64,000 bases of DNA from Candidatus Cloacimonadales bacterium (lineage in GTDB: Bacteria; Cloacimonadota; Cloacimonadia; Cloacimonadales; JAFGVF01): the NCBI GenBank assembly GCA_963667035.1, contig OY762964.1:2112001-2176000 (forward strand), read 5' to 3'. Below the pieces are notes generated by a model. It was given only the letters and a program-made list of their open reading frames with translations. It was not told where the DNA came from and searched no databases. This document shows, piece after piece, positions 28,199-38,081 of the stretch. Position 1 is the first letter of the stretch. Every line of letters begins with the position of its first letter. The translations under genes were made by a program, and so were the position numbers.

Positions 28199-30181
28199 TT
28201 AGTCAATCTTAAATTTTAAAATTCCTTTATCGGGTTCAATTTTCTCGATGCTTAATTCTACTTTATCACCTAGAGATAGTTCTTTCTCATTTATATTTAC
28301 TGTAGTTCTTTTCCCAAATGTATCTAATTCAAAGGTCACTCTACTTCTGTTCATATAAACTACAGTTGCTATAAAAGATGTTTCTAAACAAAATTTCTGT
28401 AAATATTTTAAGTACCAATAATTGGATGATTCCTGATACATTGCCCTATGTTTCTTAGTTATCTCTTCTACTTCAGCAATAATGCTAAACAATTCTTCAT
28501 TGGAATATGATAATTCATCATCCAAGAGAAATGCAGACACCTGTCTTTGAACAACTAAATCAGCATACCTTCTTATAGGACAACTCAACTGTGAATATGC
28601 ATCGATTCCTAGTCCACTATGCTCAGATGGAGCTGTAGAGATTCTTGAAGGACGAATAAATCTTATCAATCTATCAGTGACAACAGGGTCATAAGTTGAG
28701 TTATCACCTAGTTCAGGAATCGGATGTTCAGGTTTATCTTGAACACGATAAATACTGGGGATATTGTTATCTCTACAGAATTGGCCTGCAAGATTGTTAA
28801 TAAATATCATCAACTCACCTATTAATCTTCTACTACGAGACCAACGATTGATGTTATTTATTAATATATCATTCTCTTCCACTTTAAGCTGAACTTCAGG
28901 TCTAAGAATTTCTATTGCTCCATTCTCGAATCGTTTCTTTCTCATCATAATGCATAGTTCCTCAATCCTTAGTAAAGCTAGAGCTAACTCACCTTCTCCT
29001 GAATCAAGTAGTTCATCGGCATAATCATAAGTAAGCTTTTTGTTTACTATTACTTCCCCTCGGTATACATTCTTTGAAAGAATTTGCTTTGTAACCATAT
29101 CATATTCTATGATATATGATAGCACCGGTCTTGCTTCATTTTCGACCAAGCTTGTATGTAAAGAGGATAGTCTGGGAGGTAGCATTGGAACTGCTCCTGT
29201 TTCAAGATAGAGAGAAGAGCAACGATCCCTTGCCGTTTTATCAAGCACTGAGTTCTTTTTTACGAAATATTGTACATCAGCAATATGAATTCCAACTGTC
29301 AGTACATTCTCATTATAATCCAAAGAGATAGCATCATCAATCTCTGTAGTTCCTGCATCATCAATACTCATACAAAGCTTATGATTTATTACTAATCTGC
29401 TTTTATCATGCTTATAAGGCACAAGAAGATCAGCTTCGCTTATCTCCTGTTTTGAGAAAGTACTAGGTAATCCGGCTAAAGCAACAAATCTGTCAGTATC
29501 TGCAGAGATGAAACCTGAACCATATAGAATCTCAATAATAATCTCATTCTCATCTTTACTTCTGTTGAGTAGTTTTAATTCGTTGGAATAGAAGTAATCA
29601 CAACGTCTAAAATGATAATTATATATATCCTGTAGCATTGAATGCTCTACAGGATCAGGTTCAATAAAAGTGTTACCAGCTATCTTAAAATAGAGAGCTT
29701 TAAGCTTATTTACATACTCACTCTTTCTGTTTTCTATCTCTATAGAATTTGCTAACTCTTCTTTTTGTTCTTGAGTCCTAGGTGTAAAAAGAAGTCCCTT
29801 TAGACGAAAACAAAGTCTATTGTCCCTAATTGCTTTAATAAGAGCTGATTTTTGCTTTGAATCTGCTACATTGAAATATATATCAGAGAGGTCATCCAAA
29901 GTGTATGTGTCAGAGTTATCTTTAACCATCTCCCAAAGAAGCTCTACGTCTATCTCATTTCGAATAACAGATATAGAGCTTTCGTATTCTTCCATTGTAT
30001 GTTTGAACTCAGATTCGTTAATTTTCTTATGTACTACAACAATTCGATTGATTGGAAACTTCTGTTTTCTTCCTTTTAGGTTTAACACATGCACTTGATT
30101 TATGTTATGCTTAATGACATAACCATATTGAAGCCCATCTGCTTCAAAGTACTCTATCATTAACCCTTCAAGGTTTTCCAA
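28199..30181 (-). CDS. RNB-domain exoribonuclease (RNase II family)
   Basis: SIDDAGTTEIDDA, HIADV, HSGLG and PIRRYADL motifs, with an S1-like C-terminus. Confidence 0.88.
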   Translation of the reverse strand: MENLEGLMIEYFEADGLQYGYVIKHNINQVHVLNLKGRKQKFPINRIVVVHKKINESEFKHTMEEYESSISVIRNEIDVELLWEMVKDNSDTYTLDDLSDIYFNVADSKQKSALIKAIRDNRLCFRLKGLLFTPRTQEQKEELANSIEIENRKSEYVNKLKALYFKIAGNTFIEPDPVEHSMLQDIYNYHFRRCDYFYSNELKLLNRSKDENEIIIEILYGSGFISADTDRFVALAGLPSTFSKQEISEADLLVPYKHDKSRLVINHKLCMSIDDAGTTEIDDAISLDYNENVLTVGIHIADVQYFVKKNSVLDKTARDRCSSLYLETGAVPMLPPRLSSLHTSLVENEARPVLSYIIEYDMVTKQILSKNVYRGEVIVNKKLTYDYADELLDSGEGELALALLRIEELCIMMRKKRFENGAIEILRPEVQLKVEENDILINNINRWSRSRRLIGELMIFINNLAGQFCRDNNIPSIYRVQDKPEHPIPELGDNSTYDPVVTDRLIRFIRPSRISTAPSEHSGLGIDAYSQLSCPIRRYADLVVQRQVSAFLLDDELSYSNEELFSIIAEVEEITKKHRAMYQESSNYWYLKYLQKFCLETSFIATVVYMNRSRVTFELDTFGKRTTVNINEKELSLGDKVELSIEKIEPDKGILKFKID

Positions 30182-31453
30182 CTAAATCCCCCAATCAACA
30201 GATTTTCTTTTAATTGGCATTGTCATGCATCTGCAACCGCCACCGCCCCGGGCTAATTCCGCACCATCTATTGCAACAACGAACTTTTTATATTGGTTGT
30301 GATCGACTTTACCGGCAATAAGATCTTTAGCGTTTATTATCTCATATCCATGCTTGTTAAGTTCGTCAAGTGTATGTATGTTTCTGCTATATCCCAAAAC
30401 CTTTCCAGGTCCTACTGCAAAGAAGTTTGCTCCACTATGCCATTGTTCTCTTTCTTGGGTCCATTTACTTGCCGGACCACCGCAATGGATTGGTTCAAGA
30501 TCAAAGTTCAATTCTTTTAAAGCTTCAATTAGGTTCTTCTTCGATTCAATTTCTACCTTACCATTATCAATTCTGATACATACTGTTTCCAATCGATTAG
30601 GCTTAAGAATAACCGGTTCATAAACCATGCATTCATTTGTATTGAGGAAAGTAAAAACCATATCAAGATGAATAAACGATTCGGGTTGAAGCGGAAGCTC
30701 TTGAATCACAATATTGAATTTCTCTCTCTTATGTTTGAAATACTCTATTAAATAATCTATCCCTTGAGATGTCGTTCTTCCACCTATTCCGATTACAAGA
30801 GTATCTTCTCGTGCTATAAGTACATCTCCACCTTCAATTGTAATTTTGTTTGATGGTACCTTTTTGCTACTTAAGGGATTGAACGTTCTTGTTTGAATGT
30901 GGGGATGATAGTCAAAGACTGTTTCCATAATAATAGATTCTCTTTCTCTTACCTGATTAGCCATCTTTCCAATTAGAACTTCATCAAATACAGATATTGA
31001 AGCATCTCTCATAAAGAAGAAATTATGTAAAGGTTTCAAGCTATATTTCTCTTTGCTTAAGAATTCAGTTAAGTTATTCTTCTTCATTATAACACCTTCA
31101 AACAATTGACGGGTCAACTCTTCAGGTCCGAGCTTCATCAAATCATCAACTAGATTGAGTTGACATTCATAATTACATATTTTTTCAACAAGATTAAACT
31201 TAACTCTATCGTTTTTAAGTACTTGAGCAAGTAACTCTCTAATTTCGAAAGTATTGGTAAGAATATCCAATGCTCCTTTAAAATCGCTGTATTCATTATC
31301 AGCGACAGAAAGATTCAGTATGTCACTATATAATGCTCTTTCTGCATTCTGAGGAGTCATATTCTCAATCTCTCTTCCCGGACGATGAAGGATTACTCCT
31401 TCTAATTCACCTATTTCCGAGTTAACATTAACATTTATCTTTTCAGTCATCAC
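30182..31453 (-). CDS. arcA: Arginine deiminase
   Basis: SEIGEL..V.LHRPG, FFMRD, IEGGD, HLD, REQW and ELARGGGGCRCMTMP motifs. Confidence 0.93.
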   Translation of the reverse strand: MMTEKINVNVNSEIGELEGVILHRPGREIENMTPQNAERALYSDILNLSVADNEYSDFKGALDILTNTFEIRELLAQVLKNDRVKFNLVEKICNYECQLNLVDDLMKLGPEELTRQLFEGVIMKKNNLTEFLSKEKYSLKPLHNFFFMRDASISVFDEVLIGKMANQVRERESIIMETVFDYHPHIQTRTFNPLSSKKVPSNKITIEGGDVLIAREDTLVIGIGGRTTSQGIDYLIEYFKHKREKFNIVIQELPLQPESFIHLDMVFTFLNTNECMVYEPVILKPNRLETVCIRIDNGKVEIESKKNLIEALKELNFDLEPIHCGGPASKWTQEREQWHSGANFFAVGPGKVLGYSRNIHTLDELNKHGYEIINAKDLIAGKVDHNQYKKFVVAIDGAELARGGGGCRCMTMPIKRKSVDWGI

Positions 31454-31748
31454 TTCTCCAAGATTATTTATGATTTCAAACTTTCGTCAACGCTCCTTAT
31501 GTCAATGGTTTTATCCTGTTGAAATGCCACGGTTTCTCATACTAAGCTGCAATCATTACTTAATATGGTCTTGTTGCGTATAATATATGAAATCAATACA
31601 ATAGATATCCACATTATTTACTTCTATGAATTCTCCCACATCTGTGATGTATATCTGAGAAGGTGGATTTGTTAATTATGAAAGATGTGACTTATGGGTT
31701 TACTATATGTTTATAGAAGGTAACTGGTATAAAGGCATAGCTTTTTAA

Positions 31749-33923
31749 CTAATAATTGTATCCGATATTTATGAAGCCTGAATAGTCTGTATAAATATCA
31801 TTCTTTTGAAGCGATAAGTTTATTGCTCCCAGAATTGTTCTGACGCCTAGGTCAAGACTTCCACCCAAGAGACCATCTTTTCCTCTTAGTAGGTCATCAA
31901 CGTCATCTTTTACTTCAGCGTAATAACTGTTTGCACTTAAATACAAGAAGCTATTGAATCCGTATTGAATACCAAACTTACCCACATATACGTTATTTCC
32001 TCTCTTCTTTCTAATACTCATAGCAGGGAAAGGAAAAGTCGTATAATCAATCAATCTATTCCCCCCCAAAAAGAAGGAATTGTTATTCAATTTGTTATTT
32101 TCTGTCGATAAACCAAGATTGAGCCCTAAATGCAAACTAATATTCCTATTTATTGGCACAGCACTTCTATTATTAACAATTAACCGTTGCACTTGATTCT
32201 CGAAAGAACTGGTCATTCCTTCTATGAAACAATTCTCTAATCTTGTGTAAGTCCATCCACCTTTACGAGGGAAATATACATCATCTAAGAAATCCCTATG
32301 AAGAATAAGGCTAATTTTATCTGTCTCTTTTTGATAATCAAATTTCTTTAAACTCCTGTTACTCTCAAGAAAGTTAATTTCATGACTGTATGTTAAAAAA
32401 GCTGAAAACACATTACTTAATAATAATGTTGGACCACAATATAAGTACAGCTTCGATAAGTAATTGGAATCACCGACTCTTTTATAATCATTATAACTGT
32501 AAATCTCACTCACATTTAAAGATACCCCGGCTACTATCCCTACGCCTGAATTCCAACCACTAAGAAACATGTGATTAACATCAATTTCCGCCTTTGGATT
32601 TAATCTGGCAGAGAGGTTTAAGCTCGATCCTCTCTTCAATAAATTGTTGATGTTTATCTGTAGAAGAACTGATGCATAATCCTCTGAGTTAAAGTTACCT
32701 CCTAAAGAGACATAGTTGCTTTCTTTCTCTTTAAGTCTTATCTCAAGCTCATATCCATCTCCCTCCTCTCTTGAGAGTAATCTGTAATGTATCTGTTCAA
32801 AGCTCTTAGTTGAGACGAGTCGTTGTATTGAATCTTCAATTTTTTGTATTTGAACAACAGATGGAATACGAATATTCATCCATCCTCTAACGGCATAAGA
32901 AGGGATATTTTCCAAACCTACAACACGAATCCTCTTAATTAAAAACTCTTTCTTACCTCTGGGAGGAAATACGACATCTTCCCTATTGTAATCGTGCATT
33001 ATACATGAAAGAGCAGTTAACTCATCACTATGTTGGCGAGTTGCATACTCTCCAATATTATAAATATCTCGCAGTTTATCAAATGACATTATGGTATAAT
33101 CTGTTAGAGACGGAGTAATAAGAATATCACATGATTTTCTTTGTTCCTCAGTTGATGCATATCCACGATAAGATATTGCTTGGTTAATAACTGAGACCAT
33201 ATTATTAAGTTGATCTCTGGTAGCTATTGATGAAGAGATATCGACTCCAATGATTATTTCTGCTCCCATTTGTCTTACTTGATTAACAGGAAAATTATTT
33301 ACCAATCCCCCATCTAATAAGCGATAGTTCTCCCACTCTGATGGTGAAAAGACTGAAGGAATAGACATTGAACTTCTGATTGCTTCCGATAGAACTCCAT
33401 GATCCATAACGATTGGTTCTCCTGTTTCAATATCTGTTCCAATACAAGCAAATGGAATTGGAAGCTCACTAAAATCAGTAATATTGTGTACAGGTATTGT
33501 TAAAGATGATAGTAAAGTTATGATGTTCTGCCCATTGATAAATCCTGTTGGGAGTATTATCTTGCCATCTTTGAAAGGGAAGCTTAACTGATATTTATCT
33601 CCATTCTCCAACTCCATGAATGATTGATTCTGCCTATCGCGTTTATCTGTCATCAAAGATTGCCAGTCTTGAGAGAAAACTATTTCTTCAAGCTCTTGGG
33701 CTGTATAACCAATAGAATACAATGCACCTATAATAGCACCCATACTTGTTCCGGTTATGTAATCAGGTCTAATGCCGTGTTCTTCTAGAACTTTTAAAAC
33801 ACCAACATGTGCAATACCTTTAGCTCCTCCACCACTTAACACTAAACCTATCTTAGGTCTTTCATTAGCAAAAAGGCAAAAAACTAAAGTTATAAGGATT
33901 GTAATACCAATAAGCTTTTTCAA
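31749..33923 (-). CDS. Patatin-like phospholipase fused to POTRA and beta-barrel (PlpD/type Vd-like)
   Basis: Signal peptide, GGGAKG, GTSMG and DGG motifs, a POTRA-like segment, and a barrel ending GYNY. Probable TTG start at 33923. Confidence 0.85.
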   Translation of the reverse strand: MKKLIGITILITLVFCLFANERPKIGLVLSGGGAKGIAHVGVLKVLEEHGIRPDYITGTSMGAIIGALYSIGYTAQELEEIVFSQDWQSLMTDKRDRQNQSFMELENGDKYQLSFPFKDGKIILPTGFINGQNIITLLSSLTIPVHNITDFSELPIPFACIGTDIETGEPIVMDHGVLSEAIRSSMSIPSVFSPSEWENYRLLDGGLVNNFPVNQVRQMGAEIIIGVDISSSIATRDQLNNMVSVINQAISYRGYASTEEQRKSCDILITPSLTDYTIMSFDKLRDIYNIGEYATRQHSDELTALSCIMHDYNREDVVFPPRGKKEFLIKRIRVVGLENIPSYAVRGWMNIRIPSVVQIQKIEDSIQRLVSTKSFEQIHYRLLSREEGDGYELEIRLKEKESNYVSLGGNFNSEDYASVLLQININNLLKRGSSLNLSARLNPKAEIDVNHMFLSGWNSGVGIVAGVSLNVSEIYSYNDYKRVGDSNYLSKLYLYCGPTLLLSNVFSAFLTYSHEINFLESNRSLKKFDYQKETDKISLILHRDFLDDVYFPRKGGWTYTRLENCFIEGMTSSFENQVQRLIVNNRSAVPINRNISLHLGLNLGLSTENNKLNNNSFFLGGNRLIDYTTFPFPAMSIRKKRGNNVYVGKFGIQYGFNSFLYLSANSYYAEVKDDVDDLLRGKDGLLGGSLDLGVRTILGAINLSLQKNDIYTDYSGFINIGYNY

Positions 33924-33936
33924 TTCTTCTCCAGAC

Positions 33937-33970
33937 AAAAATATAGGGGAGGAGATATACCCTCCCCTAT
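33937..33970 (-). terminator. Intrinsic terminator after the RND operon
   Basis: ATAGGGGAGG / CCTCCCCTAT 10-bp stem with a U-run on the minus strand. Confidence 0.75.
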
Positions 33971-33979
33971 TGAATTCTA

Positions 33980-36900
33980 TTATTTCTCATGCCTTCTATG
34001 CATAATGTAGTACAATCCAGGAATCATAAATAGAGTCAGAACTGTAGATGTCATCATACCGCCAATCTGTATAATTGCCATTGGGATACGATACTCAGCA
34101 CCGGCAGTACCTATACCAAGAGCCATAGGCAACATACCTAATTGTATGGCGAGAGTTGTCATGATAACTGTTTTCATCTTGGTTGGAGCAGCAATAAGAA
34201 TAGCTTCTTTCAAAGATATCTTCTCTTTTTCTTGTACCTGATTAGTATAATCAAGAATAAGAATCGCATCATTCACAACCAAACCAATAAGCATGATAAT
34301 CGACATCATTGATATGATATTCATTGATTGTCCGCTTAAATACATTAATATAAACACACCGATAGTAGCTAACGGTAATGAAACAAGAATAATAAACGGT
34401 CTTGTAAAACTTTCAAGTAATGAAGCAAGCAACATATACACTAGAACAACAGCAATAATGAAGGCAAAAACAAAATCAAACATTGCCTCTTCCATCATTT
34501 CGGCTTGTCCACCCCATGTAATGGTTGTACCTCGAGGTAACTCAATTTCATCTAGTCTCTTGTTTAACTCGGAAACAATCTCTCCAAGTGGAACACCCGG
34601 AGCAGGTGAAGCAGTAAAAGCTACTGAGTTCACTTTATCTCTGTGACGTATCTGAGTAGGTCCTTCTTCAAAAGTTATATCTGCTAACTGAGAAACGGTA
34701 TATGTTCCTGTAGGAGTTAGAACTGTTAAGTTCTCCACTTCTTCGGGAGTATCAATAGCTTCATCTTTTAGCGATACCCTTATGTCATATTCCAAACCAT
34801 TGTCCCTATATACAGTAGGAGTTACACCTTCTGCTGCATTTCTAAGAAACATACCTAGCTCATAAGCAGTTAAACCGGCTTCAGCTAGTTCCTTCCTTTT
34901 CGGATGTAACACCAGTTCAGGCATACCTGATCTTAAACTTGTATCAAAGTTTATCATCCCCGGAACTGTTTCAATCTTCTCTTTTACTATTGGTCCAAGA
35001 GTTTCCACTACTTCACGAGAAGAGTGTTTAACGTAGATTTCAATAGGTGATCCACCCTCTTCGTCACCGGTAGAAACAGAGATGATAGCATTGGGAACAT
35101 CAGAGAGCTCTTTAATAATCAGCTTAATGAAATTATATGTCTTGATTTCTCTTTCTTGAGCATCAACCATAATCGCAGTTAATTTACTTATATGAGTTCC
35201 GGTATCATTTCCCAATGTTGTTAGCACCATCTCAACTTCCGGATGAGCAGTAATACGTTGTTCAATATCTTCCATGACATCAGCAGATTGTGTAAGAGAA
35301 TATCCTTGAGGTAACTCAACAGAAACATTGAAACTTCCTTCATCCATATCAGGGAAGAATGAGAACCCTATTTTAGGTGCAATTCCAAAGAGGACTATAA
35401 AGAATATTACAAAAACGGTTACTGTTAAAAGCAACGGATTTCTCTTTCTTGACAGCAATTTTGCCAACACTCCATGATACCAGTTTTGTATATTCTCAAG
35501 TACTCTTTCCATGAAGCTACCAAATTTAGTTCTCTTTTCTTCTTTAGGAATCATCACAGAAGCTAACATCGGTGTTAAAGTAAAAGACATTAATAGTGAG
35601 AATACAGTAGCTACAGAGACAGTTAAAGCAAATTCTCTAAAAAACATTCCAACCATTGAAGACATGTTAGCAATTGGCAAGAACACAACAAGATTCGTTG
35701 CCGTTGAGGCCATAACCGCAGCAGTTACTTCAGCTGCTCCCACTCGAGCCGCTTCAGCTCTGTGTCCTAACAGACGTTTATGTCTGAATATGTTTTCCAA
35801 CACCACAATTGAGTTGGAAACCAGCACACCCACAGCGGTTGACAATCCCATCAATGTCATCATGTTTATCGAAAATCCAAAGTAGCTCAAAACCATAAAG
35901 GATGAGATTATAGAAGTAGGCATTGAAAGAGCAATAATCAATGTAGATCTTATATCATGTAAGAATACATAGAGAATAATTCCGGTAAGAATAATACCAA
36001 GTAAAAGATTTACAAATGTGTCCTTAATTGAACTTTTAATAAACTCGGAATCATCAAAGAAGAGCTGAATGTTCACACCATCCGGTAACTCATCTTGAAG
36101 TACCGGAATCATCTCTTTAACATTTTTTGCAATTGAAACCGTGTTTCCGTCCGAAGACTTGATTATACCAAGCTTGATAACATTAGGATCTTTCACTTTT
36201 GTCTTTGAATTAAAATAGATGGAACGCTTTGTTACTTCTTTTATTGTATCATCTACTTCAGCGAGCTCTTTGACCTTCTTATTACCCATAGCTGTCGGAA
36301 TAATCAATTCTTTGATTTCTTCCACTTTACTAAATTCGGCATCTGTTCTTAAGGCATATTCTCTGATCTCTCTTGTAAAATGTCCTCCAGACAAATCCAA
36401 GTTACTAGCTGCCAAGTATGAAGCAAACTGGTCAAGTGTCAGATGATTCTGGAAAAGAATACGGTCGGTTGTCTTAACTTGAATCTCTCTTTCTTGTCCA
36501 CCGGATAACTCAACGGAGGCAACACCTTCTACTTGGTAGAACCTATCTTTAACATAATTTTCTGCTAGGTCATACAACTCGGTTTCAGAAACATCTCCAC
36601 TGAGAATAAGCTGAACAATAGGCTCTGCACCAAACTCAAACTTTTCTACTGTTGGAGATTCTGCTTCATCAGGTAACTGACTTAGAATCGTGTTAATCTT
36701 GTCCTTTACTTCCTGACTAGCTAGATCCACATCTTTATCCATATTAAATTTAAGCACAATCATGGATACACTATCCATAGAATATGACTCTACGAAATCA
36801 AGCCCACTAACAGTAGATAGAACCTCTTCTATCTTTTCCGACACTTGAGTCTCAATTTCAGAAGGACCTGCTCCCGGATATATTGTTCTAACCAATATAT

Positions 36901-37030
36901 ATGGGATGTTTACATCCGGCATTAATGATACGGGTAGATTAAGCATTGCTATTATACCAAAGAGTAAAAAAGCAACGATAATCATCGTAGTCATTACCGG
37001 TTTCTTTGTTGATAAATTAGATAAAAACAT
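33980..37030 (-). CDS. RND efflux permease (AcrB/AcrD/AcrF family)
   Basis: 1016 aa, two large periplasmic loops, YPGAGPSEIE, SFTLTPMLAS and LPMALG motifs. Confidence 0.93.
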   Translation of the reverse strand: MFLSNLSTKKPVMTTMIIVAFLLFGIIAMLNLPVSLMPDVNIPYILVRTIYPGAGPSEIETQVSEKIEEVLSTVSGLDFVESYSMDSVSMIVLKFNMDKDVDLASQEVKDKINTILSQLPDEAESPTVEKFEFGAEPIVQLILSGDVSETELYDLAENYVKDRFYQVEGVASVELSGGQEREIQVKTTDRILFQNHLTLDQFASYLAASNLDLSGGHFTREIREYALRTDAEFSKVEEIKELIIPTAMGNKKVKELAEVDDTIKEVTKRSIYFNSKTKVKDPNVIKLGIIKSSDGNTVSIAKNVKEMIPVLQDELPDGVNIQLFFDDSEFIKSSIKDTFVNLLLGIILTGIILYVFLHDIRSTLIIALSMPTSIISSFMVLSYFGFSINMMTLMGLSTAVGVLVSNSIVVLENIFRHKRLLGHRAEAARVGAAEVTAAVMASTATNLVVFLPIANMSSMVGMFFREFALTVSVATVFSLLMSFTLTPMLASVMIPKEEKRTKFGSFMERVLENIQNWYHGVLAKLLSRKRNPLLLTVTVFVIFFIVLFGIAPKIGFSFFPDMDEGSFNVSVELPQGYSLTQSADVMEDIEQRITAHPEVEMVLTTLGNDTGTHISKLTAIMVDAQEREIKTYNFIKLIIKELSDVPNAIISVSTGDEEGGSPIEIYVKHSSREVVETLGPIVKEKIETVPGMINFDTSLRSGMPELVLHPKRKELAEAGLTAYELGMFLRNAAEGVTPTVYRDNGLEYDIRVSLKDEAIDTPEEVENLTVLTPTGTYTVSQLADITFEEGPTQIRHRDKVNSVAFTASPAPGVPLGEIVSELNKRLDEIELPRGTTITWGGQAEMMEEAMFDFVFAFIIAVVLVYMLLASLLESFTRPFIILVSLPLATIGVFILMYLSGQSMNIISMMSIIMLIGLVVNDAILILDYTNQVQEKEKISLKEAILIAAPTKMKTVIMTTLAIQLGMLPMALGIGTAGAEYRIPMAIIQIGGMMTSTVLTLFMIPGLYYIMHRRHEK

Positions 37031-37039
37031 CTATATTCC

Positions 37040-38071
37040 TCAATTTAAAACTTTAAGCTTGCTACCTTCTTTTACTCGATTGTAGCCTTTAGTTATAAGC
37101 ATATCTCCGGCTTTTAAACCTTTAAGAACTTCTACTTTCAAATCATTAACAATACCGAGTTCCAGAGTTCTCTTTTCTGCAGTACCATTGTTATCTACCC
37201 AAGTTGTCACATTGTCACCTGTTCCTAATATGTATACCCTATCCAGAGCAATAATATTCTTTTTACTGGATAAAGTTAAACTAACATCAGTTGTTACTCC
37301 ACCCTTAATTTTGTATCCCGCATTATCAAATTCTATTTCAGTTCTGAATGCTTTATGACTAGGATTCATGTTCAATGCAACAGCTGTAACACTACCATTG
37401 ATTGTGTTACCTCTCCATTCAGCTTTTGCTCGAAGTCCTTTTTTTACTAAACTGATATCATCTTCATTCACCCACACTTCCGCTTTTAACCTTGATAATT
37501 CGGAAATAGTGAATAGATTATCATCTGGGAATACTCTATCGGATTCGTTTACAAAAATCTCTGTAATAACACCTGATATAGGAGCTTTTACTTCAACCAT
37601 ATCAGTAGCCATATCAAGAGTAGCTCTCAGTACATCTACTTGGGTTTCAAGTTGATTTACTTCTTGCTCTGAAACACCACCCTCTTCTAATACACTCCTC
37701 ATTCTATTCACAGTCTGTAGAGCATCATCGTATTGAGATTTGGTTTGTCTGTATTGTGCCATCGCAGTATCATTAGGGAAACTGAGAACAACAGTATCTT
37801 TTTCTACATAATCACCAATTTTATAGTGGATTCTTTCAACTTGGTCAGACACTTTGCTTATCTGAGTGATTTCTCTAACACCTTCCATAGTTGTGAAGAA
37901 AGTCCTGGTTTTAACTAAATCGCTCTTTTCAATAGTCTGCACTTCTACAGGAATACCCTCTTCTCTATATATATCTTCCATTGATTTTGTCTCTACCACT
38001 TCTTTCTTACCACAACCTAGAAACATGAGTGTGCTGATAAGAACCAGTGTAATCAATATATTTCTTTTCAT
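37040..38071 (-). CDS. RND periplasmic adaptor (MFP) lipoprotein
   Basis: Lipobox FLGC, KAPISGVI and GLKAGD motifs. Likely ATG at 38071. Confidence 0.9.
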   Translation of the reverse strand: MKRNILITLVLISTLMFLGCGKKEVVETKSMEDIYREEGIPVEVQTIEKSDLVKTRTFFTTMEGVREITQISKVSDQVERIHYKIGDYVEKDTVVLSFPNDTAMAQYRQTKSQYDDALQTVNRMRSVLEEGGVSEQEVNQLETQVDVLRATLDMATDMVEVKAPISGVITEIFVNESDRVFPDDNLFTISELSRLKAEVWVNEDDISLVKKGLRAKAEWRGNTINGSVTAVALNMNPSHKAFRTEIEFDNAGYKIKGGVTTDVSLTLSSKKNIIALDRVYILGTGDNVTTWVDNNGTAEKRTLELGIVNDLKVEVLKGLKAGDMLITKGYNRVKEGSKLKVLN

Positions 38072-38081
38072 TATTTCTCCT

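Noticed and set aside
31460..31745. ARG boxes or a riboswitch upstream of arcA
   Set aside because: Only weak AT-rich resemblance; no convincing consensus or fold.
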